From positions 248,001 through 302,193 of the forward strand of contig JBEUKZ010000129.1 of NCBI GenBank assembly GCA_048128005.1: a stretch of 54,193 nt of DNA. Reading direction: 5' to 3'. Position 1 is the stretch's first letter; every line of letters begins with the position of its first letter. Shown here piece after piece: positions 1-12,900 of the stretch. This DNA is from Veleropilina oligotropha (Eukaryota). The translations under genes and the position numbers were made by a program. The notes under the pieces were generated by a model. That model was not told the DNA's origin. It did not search any database and was given only the letters and a program-made list of their open reading frames with translations.

Positions 1-1225
1 CGCCAGTGCAAACGAGATATTTCTTACAAACATTTATGAACCGTTTTCATTAAAATGTATAAGAAAATATTTCGGGGCTTTTCGCAATGAAACACATGCA
101 TTCCTCATTTTCAAAAGTTGGGATTGTCAGACAATTTTAACAATTAACGGTGTGAAACCCCTTCACATGCATTTTTACAGTGCAAACACGATATTTCTTA
201 CCAGCTTCTATGAACAGTTTTCACTAAAAAGAAATTTTTCGTTTTTTGCCTCATTCAAACATATGCATTTTTTATTTTTAAAGGGGGGGGTCCTGGATCC
301 GCTAGTGGTATACCACCAATGAACTTAATTAAATCATTTTGTTATATACCGATCATCGAGCAACCAATATTGAAGGGAAATATTGAAAATGTGACCAGTT
401 ACATCACCAATCTTTCGATTGGTCGTATATGTTCAGGCAATACCTACGATAAATGGATCACATTTTGAGTAGTTGGGGTTCCCTACTTCAAAGACCCCTC
501 AAAGCCGCACCCACCAATGCTCAGCTTGCAGACAACCTGATTGTGATAGGGAAATGGCCAAATATTATGAAAATAATCATCTTGAAAAATCCCCAGGGGG
601 GGAGAGGGGGGGTCTATGGTGGGCCCTCTATATCGTGTTGCTCGTGGTGTAGGCCTAATGGATATAAGAGTGTGGCTCCATATTAAAGCTCATGACTATT
701 CTACGTTCAAATCTTCGGCTGGGAGCTCTGTTGTCCATAACTGGGTGGGTTTCAGTCAATACGTCAATTTTTCAGCAGGACTAGTGGCGATATTTCTAAA
801 TTTGATGGTCCTGATTATGACTGAAATATTGTTGACCAACAAAAAAATGAAGTAACGTTCGACTGTTTTCCCTATTTGTAAAATTACCCAGGATACAACA
901 GAGGACGTTAGCAGTCACGGTGTTCTTTACTGGCCTGAACGGTCCGGTGTTATAAGGGATATTAATCATCGGTCTAAATTACACTAAATCTTATTTTGTT
1001 CACCTTTATTCACAATTTATACAAGTAAAGTGACCAAAGAGTAAGATATTCGTGGTCGAGTATTAAACAACAGAAAAATACAATTGTGATATCAGAATAT
1101 GGAAGTAACAATTGGAAGCAGCAAAAGAGAATTTGGAGGCTCGAACAAATCCTATAATAATATTATTGTCACAATATCTTCGAGATAATAGGGACACATC
1201 CGTTTGCGAATTCCATTGATTTCTG

Positions 1226-3030
1226 GATAGATAGATAGATATTTATTTTCTTCTACATGTAAATACAATAATATTTTTTCTGTAATGCACCATTAATAAT
1301 ATATTTACAAGAGGAAGGACGACATCTGAGTCTATGACAGACTGTTCCTGTGTAGGCGATGTCGCCCTTGTAACATTATTATACCAAGATAAATATATAT
1401 ATAATAATAATACAATGTAGAGAAAGTAGTGTAGTGTTTAATTCAGTTTTTGTAAATAAGATACTAGCAATGATATTTGCAATTGGGCATTCATATAGAT
1501 TCATGTCATGGTAAGTCTACGTGAAAATAGAAATGGATAAAAAGTGATGTTTGTTGCTTATTTGATACTCGTTGCTAGTATTGGGCAATTTGTGTTTTGA
1601 TTATGCTGGTCGTGAATGGTTGTAAAGATGAAATATTTTTTGGTCTTGTTGATAAGCGTCCCCACAAAGCTGGCATTTAGCATAAGTAACTGCGATTATA
1701 TATAGCCCTATTGTGGCGTTGTATTATTGGATCGTGTCTACTGCGCGTGTTGTAGTGATGCACATGTGAATTTGTAACAAATATATTGTGTATTTGTATT
1801 GGTAATTTTTTGTGATAATATTTACAGCCAAGTTTATATAAATCGAGGTCGATCATGTCTGTTATCTTTAATATTTTTAAACTTTTGAAGATGTAATTTG
1901 TGTGATCGTTCTACTTAGCATTTACAATGAGTCTAACACATTTTTTTTGTAATTTAAACAATTTGTTTATATGCTCTTTTTTAATTAATGGACCCCATAA
2001 AGATACACCATACGTATTGACAATGTATTGTAGCAAAATACAAAGATCTTTTTATTTTAATGGGCAATTTGTTTTTGCAGCATCGTAGAGTATATATGCT
2101 TCTAAGTAATTTATTATAAATATATTTGCTATAATATGATTTAGGAGTTCAGTTATTGCATCGATGGTGTTATGATTTTTTCTAAATCCATATTGACTAT
2201 TATATAGAATGTTGTTAGTTATTAAATAGGAATATAATCGTTTATGAATTATCTTTTCCAGAACTTTTGATACTGCGGGCAGAGGTGATATAGGTCTATA
2301 GTTGGCAATCAAATGCTTATCTCTATTTTTGTAGATTGGAACCACTTCCGCTAATTTCATTCATTGTGGAAAAACACCAGTTTCAATTGATTTATTAAAT
2401 ATTGTTACAAGTGGTTTATTAATTGAATGACGTAATTGTTTTAAGAGTACATTATTTATTGTCAAGCCCGCTACTATTTTTACTTTTTAGGCTTTGAATA
2501 GTTTGTCACTTCAACTCTGTCAGTCGGAGACAAAAATAAACTCAATTGTATTCTATCGGTTAAGTAATTGCGGTTGGTATTGTGTCTGCGGTTGGTATTT
2601 TACTCGCCGTTTCTTTTCATATTGTGGAAAAATAATTACAAAATTTATCGCCTATTTCAGTTTGGTTTTCAATTTTAATCCCATCGCTGTTATAAAACTA
2701 GGTATTCCAGATTTGTTGCTATGCTTGCCAATTATGTTGTTAATGGTGCCCCACAGTTTCTTTGAATCATTTTTAAATTTTATTATCCTTTCGTTATAAT
2801 ATTGATTTTTGCGTTTCTCTTTATTTTATTGTACATATTTCAATAAGTAACATATGTTTTATAAAATGTATCTGTTTTTTGCTGCCCTATGGATTTTCGA
2901 TACAGAAGATCACATTTTTTGGAACATTTAATTAATCCTTTTTTCAAAAATATACATCATCATCATCATCAATGCATTGTTTATTATGTTTCTATGATAA
3001 ATTGTTATTTGTTTTTCTGGTGCAATGACA
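1226..3030 (-). mobile_element. Decayed L2/CR1-group LINE (RT fragment, internally deleted)
   Basis: ORF 2052-2360 reads VVPIYK..NYRPISPLPAVSKVLEKIIHKRL..SQYGFRK (LINE RT N-part). Downstream minus-strand fragment YGVSLWG..LFKLQKKCVRLI matches the RT C-terminal region. 3' end has AATAAA plus a (TATC)n tail at ~1226-1247. Catalytic core missing. Confidence 0.85.
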
Positions 3031-3056
3031 CCATAGTCGTTGCTACATCAAATAGA

Positions 3057-3392
3057 GTTTCACTTAATTCGATTTCCGTTGCTACATCAAGGAATAATCG
3101 AAAACGATTGTTGCTGCACATAATTTGGTTGTCAATTCGCACTGAGGCCGGTACATTGTGTTTTGGGGAATTTCATTACGATTCGATTCCGTTGACACAT
3201 CACAAAACCGAATCGAATTACCATAACACACCACCATAAGCGAAATGATATCGTACAGAGTTTCGAAAACCACATGTATACGGCAATTGAAATCATTGCG
3301 CATTGGCAGCCTAATTTGGTCGCAACAACCGTTTTCGGCTCGAATCAATGGGATTTATTCATTGGAGTAACAACGGAAATCGATTAAGAAAC
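3057..3392. mobile_element. Foldback/MITE-like imperfect palindrome (~335 bp)
   Basis: Left arm cttaattcgatttccgttgctacatcaaggaataatc is the near reverse complement of right arm gatttattcattggagtaacaacggaaatcgattaag; pairing continues inward for over 100 bp. Confidence 0.75.
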
Positions 3393-3439
3393 CACGACAT
3401 TCAGTAGTGCCATCATCAATACCGAAAGGTTCCTTGTAT
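3384..3439 (-). CDS. Gene B terminal exon, hydrophobic tail YTRNLSVLMMALLNVVVS*
   Basis: gatttcag acceptor, phase 1; TAA at 3386-3384; minus-strand AATAAA at 3359-3354. Confidence 0.65.
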
Positions 3440-6400
3440 CTGAAATCAAAGATAATGAAATGTAAGTGTCGAGTATAAGTACTCGCAGTGGCATAGGAGC
3501 CGGGGGGGGGGGGGGGGGCGGGTAGGGGGGTATTTTTAGAAGTGCCCTTAAATTTGCAAGTGCCCTTACATTTGCATTTAAATTACATACGCAGGCTCAT
3601 AGATTGTTAAAAAATAACTGGTATTAACCCCCAATATTTTTATTGGTGCCCTTAGACAGACTCAAAGTATATATCCGGCTTCGTAGTTTTTATGTGTGCA
3701 CTATCTCCAGAATTGATTTTTACCGTTCATTTTCGATCAAAATCCGTTTTCGACCAAAATCTGCTTTCGATCAACCATGCCAAATTTATGCAATTGTGTG
3801 CGACCTTTATAAAATAAGGGGGGTATTTCCCCCCTCCCCCAATATTTTACTGATGCCCATAGACAGAAGAGTTAAAGCATATCTGCATCTACCGACAGTC
3901 ACCATTCTTTGGAGTATAATTATTGTACAGCAGACTGGGCATGAGGCTATTACATGCCTACACCTTTTACGAAATGATTCGTAAATATTGTTAAGAAACA
4001 TCACATTTACATCATCAGAATACAGGAGAGGGTGTTTCGCACGGTTAATTGTGTCAAAAAATTCTTCTATGGAGTGGTGGAATGATTCGTAAATGTTAAG
4101 AAATATCACATTTACATCATCAGAGTACAAGGGATGATATTTCGCACGGTTATTTGTCAACAATTCTTCCCCGGGGTAACGGGGTCCCACGACGTGGGCC
4201 ATTGATAGGATAATTCGACGCCGTAAGGATCAAAGTCCTGATGACCATCATGTCCTCCGCAATTTTGTAGTCCCTGGTCATAAATACGGCTGTATATTAT
4301 ATTGCCTATCTTACAAATTGGATACTTTTACAGAGTGGTGAAAATGATTCAAAGATCTTGGTAATAAATAGCACATTTGCGATCTCAGAATACAGGAGAG
4401 GGGGTTTCACAAGGTTAAGTGTCAAAATTTTCTTCCGCGTGGGGCCCCACCCCCACGCGGACCATTACCTTCATATTTCTATTTGAACAAATATCCTCAA
4501 CCCCCACAGCCATATACATACATACGCACAAATGTACGGCTCAAAATTACCTTTAGTTAAAATTAGTTATGAAAACTGTCATTTTTCTGTCTTACACCCC
4601 CCCCCCCCCCTCAATCCAAAATTGCTTCCTACGCCACTGACTCATGTACTGTATCACTGAATGTTTCAGAAGAACATGCGGTCGAAGAACTTTGATTATC
4701 TTCTTTATCGTATGTCTGGCAGCCTGCCATAATTTGCATCGTTTTGACCATTGATACAAAGAAAAGTGTGCAATCCGGCTGTACTGCAGAGTGATATATC
4801 TGCTACTTATACTTTTAATATGTGTATCCCCTCCCACGACAGCAAAATCGATAGGCGTCGTGTCCTCATCATACCAAATGTGTATATCAAATATGAATGA
4901 AATCGGTTAATAACTTTCACTGTAGATCACAAGAAATATCTTCAAAGAAAATGGCCACCAAGGCGACCATTTTGATTCCTAAAATGACGAAAATCGTCAT
5001 GTCCTTATTATAGCTAACGTGCATGCCATGTTTGAATCAAATTGTATTCGAACTTTTGACTGTAGAGCGCGCACAACAAATCTCTGCGGCGGCTGAATGA
5101 TGACTAAACCATACTATCCCCGACTAATGTCCGGGAATACAATTAATTCATCCCTCTGACGTGTAAAACACTAATATATAAAATTCATTGTACAACGTAT
5201 ATTACACAAGTAAATATGAATTGTTGAATAGAGTTATGTTATTTACTTACATGACTGAGACAATATAGAATCGCTTCGTCCTGAAAACAGAAATGACCAT
5301 AATTTATATTGTAATTTATCATATACTAGTAGTCAATTATCAAACTTCCATATTACAGCATATATTAATTAATTGCATATATGTGATAAAGTTGATAAAG
5401 ACAAAAATAGGGATGAAAATTCCTCTTCTAATTATTATTACATTGATGAACATTTCAAGCTAACTATATTTGGTCTTACCTACTGCGATCGACAGGTGAG
5501 CACTGATTGGTTCGGTGCTGACCGAGTTACTGATGTTACAATATATCGTGGCCTCTTTCTCGTGATAATAGATCACTGAACTTGACCGAGTGAACAGGCA
5601 CGGTGTTTCTCCCTGTTCAGGATCTGTGATGGTAAAATTGGTGTTGTAGGGTTCATAAAATTCCGAATTCACTGGTCGAAGATACCAATACATTGTACCT
5701 GGTGGGGAGCCAACGTTACCCGCACACGTTAAGGTAACAGCCGATCCATATTGTACCTCATTCAGTGGTGGACTTGATGTTAATTTGATTTCATCAGGAG
5801 TAGCTGAAGTAAATAAACAAATAATTACAGAGTTACGTGAACGTTATTCAACATTCAAGGGATATGTTTGTGTTGTTATTGGGTAAGGTAGGATTGGAGG
5901 AACCACAAACTCAAATCTTGTGTTTTGCTAATGGTACGCCACCATAAAGTGGCCCTCAACATGAAATATTTGAGTCCCACCCAATGCCATTAAAAAGAGA
6001 TAAGTACATTGAATGAAAGAATAATTAGGAGAATGCGAATGGTGAAGGAATCACACTACAGAAAGCAAGGTGAACAACCATGCGCGCAATATTTCAAGTC
6101 GGGCTTGTATCATCCAACCCTTAGTCGGCCTAAAATATATGAATTTGTAGAAGATCAACCAACCATATACTAGTAAAGATTTGGTCCATGATAAATGGTT
6201 ACCACCCAAACGTGTGCAAGTGAAGTGGGCAACAATATTAAGTCTTAATATGAGTCTGTATCGAGCCTGTATTTCAATTGTGGGCAACAGAGACGTCAAG
6301 ATTTGGTGATACCTCATCAAGCTCTGGCGTATTCGCATAAAAAGTACAATTATTAAAATCCATTAGGAACCGTGTTGATGAATCATCAGGATAAGTGCGA

Positions 6401-8913
6401 ATTATGCTTTACCTCGTTTCCCTATTGGGTTTACACCGCCAAACATTTCAACCAAGGCAAGTAGCTGGCAAGTACAAGGTAAGAATGTACCTTGTCATTT
6501 AGGAATTCCTGTAGATTTATGATCAGGTAGAAAAAGGAAAGGAAAGGATCGATGCTTAATGTCCTGTATATTTCCAACCATTTTGGCTCAAAGCAGGACA
6601 TGTCCATATTATCGCGGGAGGAAAGCCCGATCGCCAGGGGAAACACGCTCTCTTCGACAAGTTACGGACAACTGTGATTCATACCTTGAACAAATGTTGA
6701 AACCCCACAGCTGTCGAAGCGGCCTGATCAGGAAGAACGTTCAGCCTTGGTGAATACGATGCATATGATCTCCCGGCATCCGAGTGTTGACAGCTCGACT
6801 CCCAATTGAATCGCTCGATTGCTCCGTTTCACCGGTTTGGGTCTTTCCGGCAAAGTCCTTTCACGCCAAGGAGTTTCGGGCAATGCTCACTATCACCGTG
6901 ATGAAAATGTACTTTATTTGTTTATTTAACGTGGCAGTCCCTGTTTGTGCTGAGAAGCGTGTTCATTATCCTATGCACGAAAGTTCTACCGGGAATCATT
7001 TCCATTTCACTGCATTCTAAAATCTTGAAAAATTCACTAACACAAATTAAATAATGTGTAATCATTCGTGAAGACTGAAGATACATGATGATGATAGTTC
7101 GCAAAGTCATTATTGACAGACCTATATGTGCGCGTATACTTTCTATCTGAAGCCATGAACATATTTACCTACCAGCGAAAAGTATACTTACACCAAACTG
7201 ACACGTCATGTGTCACATCTTCCATCCCGTCTTGGCTACTCGTCTGGCACTGATAGAGCCCACTGTCACTGCATTTGAGATCGTTGAAGTCCAATTCTAT
7301 GAACACAGAGTTTATAGTGGCACCACGTACATTAGCACGTGCCTCGATATCGCTGTCCAACCATGATACCTGATCGTTTTGATTGATGTTTGCTATGTCC
7401 CCGTATATTTGACCATCCCATTTCGCTAGGGAAATACTTTGAACAACACTTGTGGCATTTGTGTCTGAACAATGGATTTTGAAAGATTCATGTCCGATGA
7501 CTCCCCCATTAATTGGAATCAACGATACGATAAGATCAGCGGCTGCAATCAGAGTCATACATGGGGTTAGCATTAAAGATTATCCAACGAGTGATTTAAA
7601 TAACGCGCATAAATTGTCGAGTGCAACATTGGAGTTAGATGTGTGCGTGAAGCGCAAAGAAGTTCGACATCAATTTTGATCATTACTGATATTCCGTTTG
7701 ACACCACTGTAATAGATACTGCACTGCGAGCACGAGCTTTATAATTCACATAACAGAACGAGTCTTGTTATATTATAACGCCGAGGGGTGGAACCTGTAT
7801 TATCTGTTATACACACTGCGGAAATATATTGTAAATTGCAAGCTGTAATCCCTTAAAACATCCATATCATGCTCTAGAAGGTGATATGGTGGGCAATTGA
7901 GAGTAGATTCTTCCATTGGCAGCTTGTCAAATCTATTGTCGCTCAGCTTAATATGACTAGCTAGCAGAGCTAATTAACAAGTATCTGGAATATATGGGTC
8001 AATTAACACTAGGCCTATTGTTCACATAACCCATCCCATGTTGTGTATACTAGTATTTAGATAGCCGGCACCCGCCGTTGAGAACGCCATAAATCGATAA
8101 TCAAGTTACACGATCGATCATGATCAGGTTTTCGATTGTCATGTTGCAACAAATTTTCAACGAAAGGAGCGTGTACTCGATCAACAAATACAGGAAGGGG
8201 AGTGGATTTTCAGTTTTACGACCTAGACTAACACGTTTTCAGTCATAATAATATGTCGATGGAAGGACGGGTATCTGGTTCTATACATTGAATAAATCTA
8301 ATTACTTCGGATGTAGGTTTTGTATGTACAAAATAAATCATAAGTTCAGTAGGCCTAATTGTTCAGAAGTTGCATACCGGTACCTGCCAAGAATAATAAT
8401 GACCTACTAGTATATAGATATAATATGTGTTAGAACACAAAGATGACCGCGCGGTGGTCTAACATGTTATATTAAATACTGCCAGAGTGACATCAACGAT
8501 AAAAATGTCTCTGTTCAAACTGCTAATTTTTCCGATAATAACAATAATCTGTTCAATTTTAGTTCCAACTAAATGCTAAACATGTCCACTTTCCATCAGA
8601 AATGGGATTGGTAGAGTTATTCATTCAAAAAATTCACGTAATATCTCAGCCAAAAACTACAGCCAAAAGTGTGACGGACGAACAACTATGGTTATAACCC
8701 CTTCCCTTCGGAAGCCGCGGGGGATAACAAGGTGACAAGTACATTTTAGTATCAAGGCGATATGAGAGTCGGACAAATACACTGTTTGAAATGGGGATTC
8801 GGAAATATACACAATATAGGAATGTGTAATACCAACACAAAAATAGTTCCTCATGATCACTTACCTACTCTTGCGCCGACTATATATGTGACAAATAACA
8901 AATAAAAACCCAT
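3384..8913 (-). CDS. Gene B: signal peptide + 2 Ig domains + short stalk + GPI-signal-like tail (269 aa, 5 exons)
   Basis: Exons 8913-8865, 7542-7192, 5803-5480, 5280-5251 and 3439-3384. All introns are GT..AG and phase 1; total 810 nt, open frame ATG to TAA. Confidence 0.85.
3486..4639. mobile_element. CAG-ended non-autonomous DNA transposon (hAT-like MITE) in gene B last intron
   Basis: TIR CAGTGGCATAGGA / TCCTACGCCACTG, G/C tracts inside both ends, flanks actcg/actca, internal ~105-bp repeats. Confidence 0.65.
5251..5280 (-). CDS. Gene B exon 4, 30-nt stalk micro-exon (GRSDSILSQS)
   Basis: ctgttttcag acceptor, gtaagt donor, phase 1-1, in frame. Confidence 0.7.
5480..5803 (-). CDS. Gene B exon 3, C2/I-type-like Ig domain
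   Basis: cttcag acceptor, gtaaga donor, 324 nt; VTLTCAGNVGSPPGTMYWY ... TIYCNISN. Confidence 0.9.
6530..6800 (-). mobile_element. SINE-like interspersed repeat (other pieces at ~11210-11300, ~31625-31795, ~35290-35500, 44370-44402 + 47902-48140)
   Basis: Shared core gatgcttaatgtcctgtatatttccaacc..caggacatgtccatatt; the ~48050 copy has a minus-strand GTTCGAACC box-B-like motif. Confidence 0.6.
7192..7542 (-). CDS. Gene B exon 2, V-type-like Ig domain
   Basis: ttgcag acceptor, gtaagt donor, 351 nt; FKIHC ... LKCSDSGLYQC (D-x-G-x-Y-x-C motif). Confidence 0.9.
8865..8913 (-). CDS. Gene B exon 1, signal peptide MGFYLLFVTYIVGARV
   Basis: ATG at 8913, hydrophobic core, strong donor AG|GTAAGT, phase 1 joining the next exon in frame. 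Confidence 0.75.
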
Positions 8914-9835
8914 CTGTTAAAACACCGTCATTTATACGAATAGTAATACAACTGCCTCACAGTGTAATGGATAGAGCTATATATTATTCCATAAATATTC
9001 TTCACTAGGCCTACTCCTTCACGGCTGCCACGATAGCACGGAGAGACGATTGTTCTTAGCAGTTGACACACGAATAGGAAAATCGGGGTCAAATGTTTCA
9101 TACAAGTAGGTCTTCAAACGTGCTTGATATCCCATGAAGCGTAACCTAGGCGGTCGGTGAGACCTTTTCCTCTCCAGACTAGTGTTATTACATTGAACAA
9201 ACTTATCGTAGCAAGACATCGTTATGTATAAACATTACGTGACAAATCAGCACGTAAATATGACCGTTACAAGACGCAAGTTCGATAAAAAGACAAATTG
9301 TGATCAAACAGAGCAATTTGAAGACATTTGTAAAATATGTTTTATTCATGAAAGTATTCAGTATAAATATATGAAAGCACAAGGGTGAACAAAACTAAAC
9401 AGAAAATAAATCATATGTACATGATATTATATGAAATTGCTGTCGCGATGTTACGTTTTAATGGAATTGAAGTACCACTGCCAGTAAACAGAACATAAGA
9501 CCGCAAATCGACAATCCTGAAATAGAAGATAAACACTTCGGTACGACAATTATGAACATGGGACGAATATGAATCATATTGCTAAGTTGCTTATTACAAA
9601 GGCAATCGGCTCTCTAGACTCAGATTTGCATTTTGTCCGTCCATATGACGGCATGTTTATAATATTATGTTGGAAATCTTGACTTTATATTATGTTGGAA
9701 ATCTTTACTTTATATTGTATATATTTTAGATTTACTCTCCAATCGTATACCTTCGGTTCAAACATGACGATTTAGTGAAATACAAAATAATTCGAAATGT
9801 GAAATGTGTGATGTTTGATAAATAATTAAAAGAAA

Positions 9836-9903
9836 TCAAATACAGGATATCACGTGCACCAACAGCAGCGAACAATTTATGATCAACGGGAAAAAAAACA
9901 TGG
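9836..9903 (-). CDS. Gene A terminal exon, hydrophobic tail AMFFFPLIINCSLLLVHVISCI*
   Basis: atttag acceptor in phase 1; hydrophobic run ends at TGA with no cytoplasmic tail. Confidence 0.6.
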
Positions 9904-12900
9904 CTAAATATAATATATTCAATGCTCTAAAAGATACCAAAGGAAACCTGACATTTGAATTATATGAAAATACTCCCCCTCCACATTTGAGAAGAAGGTT
10001 TAGCGTTGATCTTTTCAACCGTTTCCTACCGGTAAATTTACTGCCCGTGTTGACTCCTAATGGCGTTGTCATCACTCCTATGTATAATGATATGTATACA
10101 TCATTAGATATACATGCTATGCAAATTTACACAAATTGGTTTTCCTGAGAATTTTTGTTTTGTCATTATTGACGTGTATCATGTGAGGGTACGTACATGT
10201 ATGTTAATTGACATTTAACGTTGCATCAAGGCAATCGAGATTCCAATGTTCTGCGTCAGATGCCCGGCCTATGTATACCGGTACTCCATATTTTATTATT
10301 ATATATCAAAGTAATGATATATGTCATCAGTTTCAAATAACAATGTAGTATGTAGTATGTCACACCTTACGTTTTTTGTCTTGAAGACTGTTAACGTTAA
10401 TCGGGTCGATCGGAGATCGAAGGATATCTGCAAGTACGTAAAGTCACCGACAACAAGGAAGTTAAATTCACGTTTGAAACAATGACAATTGTCCAGATGA
10501 AGCTAGACGTGTGGACACCTACCAGAGGGCCAGGCTCCTACGATTCCAGTAACGGTAGCGACGGTGGAATGCGCCTCCAAAGTAGAAGATGTAATCTCCA
10601 GGCCTGCATGTAGACGAAAAAAACTTAAGACGAAAGACAAAATATGTAAGCATAGGTGAAATTTTCAAACAAGTGATTGCCACTAAGTGGCGATTGTCCC
10701 CCGCCTGTATTATTGACCGCATATATATTTTGCACGCTGTGTATCAGTAACTCAATGAGAATTAAGAAATATTTCATGCCATCAGAGACTAAAGAGACTA
10801 AGTGTAAATATACTTAAAGTACATAGATTAAATAATTTTCATTATTCGAACTTTATCCATCCCATTATGTGGTTAGTTGATCTGTGAAGTTTCAGAAAGC
10901 TAACATATCTCTAAATGAAAAATTTAGTTGAGAGAAAATTGACAAATTTCATACATCCAACGACTATGTTTTAAATCAGCAAAAGTCAGCAATAAATCAA
11001 GGTTTCAAAAAATCCCCAATATTGGAACCTGATCTACCCCATGATGTGGTTAATTGATCTGTAAAGTTTCAGAAAGCTAGCATCTCTGAAAATGAAATAA
11101 GTGCATGTGACAAAATTGACCACATCCATGCTTGCAGAGACTTGTAATGTACAAAATCGCAAAATAATCCATAAATTTCAAAAAAACATTCCCATATTCG
11201 GAAAGGAAAAAGAAAAGGATCAATGCTTCTTGTCCTGTATTTTCCAACCTATTTAGGATCAAACCAGGACATGTCCGTATTATTGTGCGAGGAACGCCCG
11301 GTCTCAAATTCACAGATACAACACAAGAAATAGAAACAATCCTATAATTCAACGCCATACAAAATCCATTTATAATCGCAGTCTATTGTGTAAGATGCCA
11401 TCTTTATGGGGAAATCTGTCGCCACCTTTAAGAAATATAAACACCATACGCAATTTTTCTCGCAATATTACCAAACAGATACTAGAAAATTACTAAAGAA
11501 CACCTACATGAGTTTCATGCTTATTTTACCGAAATACTTGATAGCATAATTTACATTGTGTATATATATGTCTTTAATAACCTTGATTACCCTACAACTG
11601 ATTGATATCTCCAATTTTCGTCTATTCATTGCATATTTGTATGAATCATCTAATCATTTAATTTACTTATATAAATTATTGTGATTATGTATTGTATTAT
11701 GTATCTGTGAATTATCATACTTTTTTGTATATTAATAATAGTATATGGGGTGACACTACCATCTGGGGAACAGTCTTTATTGACTCCAGTGTCATCCATC
11801 CTCTTCATTTCATAAATTACTGCTGTTATATTATGTATTTAAATATTGCAAATAAGAGGTTAATAAATATCTATCTAAACCCGCCATCTTGGGCCAGTTA
11901 CGGGCAACTGTGATTCATAACTTTGATGTGATTAATTGATCGTTAATGTTTGAGAAAGATAGAAATTCTCGATATGAAAAAAATTGTGAGAAAATAGATC
12001 ACATCTATGCTTCCAGAGACTATGTTCAGAAGTGCTGACAAGTCACCAAAAAAAGAAATTCCGCGAAATTATATGTCTCACCCATCCCCGTTTACTTTGA
12101 AAAGGTCCATATTTTTATTTTGTAACGTAAGAATTCAGAAGTACTACCGATGCAGTGCTGATCCTAATATAGTTATTGTAAAACTTAGTTTCAGAGAAAC
12201 AGAAATCAAGACAAAATCTTATTATTACATGCTCGAGATTAAATATATTTAGCAGCAAATCCATGTCAAAATAATATATCGATAATGACTCTAACCTTGA
12301 CCAGTTGAGGAGGGTGATATTAGACACTGGATACAGTCTGTTCTTGTTACGGCAATATATACTGCCATCTCAAGATACCCATGGAATAAACCAATGGGGA
12401 AGCCATTTTTCAAAATCCATCTGATTTTGATAATCCCAGCTTCTCAGAGTGACCATTAATCTTAACAGCTTACTGTGCCTATCGGCAGTGAGCAAGTCTT
12501 GCAGATAAGCATAATATTATGTCCCTTTCATCATACAAACATACTATATCTGCTTCCTTTCTATCCTCACTATTTCAAGGCATAATTAAACTTTTCAGAA
12601 TAACTGCTATCGTGTGTAGGCATAGCAAAAATACATCATGTAACTTCTTCATACATTTTGGGGGGGGGGCGGGGGGAAGCATGAGGGGTGGGGGGAGGTG
12701 CGACAAATAGGAAGGACATGTATGTGCCTCCCTCAGCTCAGTTTCAGAAAGCTACCATTTCTCTAAATGAAATAAAAGATGTGAGTAATAAACCACAGCC
12801 ATGCTTCTAGAGACTATGTTCAAAATTGACGAAAATCACCAAAAAAACAATAAATTTTTAAAATAAGTTCACAATATTCGAACTTGATATACCCAATGAT

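Noticed and set aside
10519..10722. ORF ending YIFYFGGAFHRRYRYWNRRSLALW as a separate peptide
   Set aside because: Alternative frame over the gene A stalk exon; splice phases support the S/T-rich frame.
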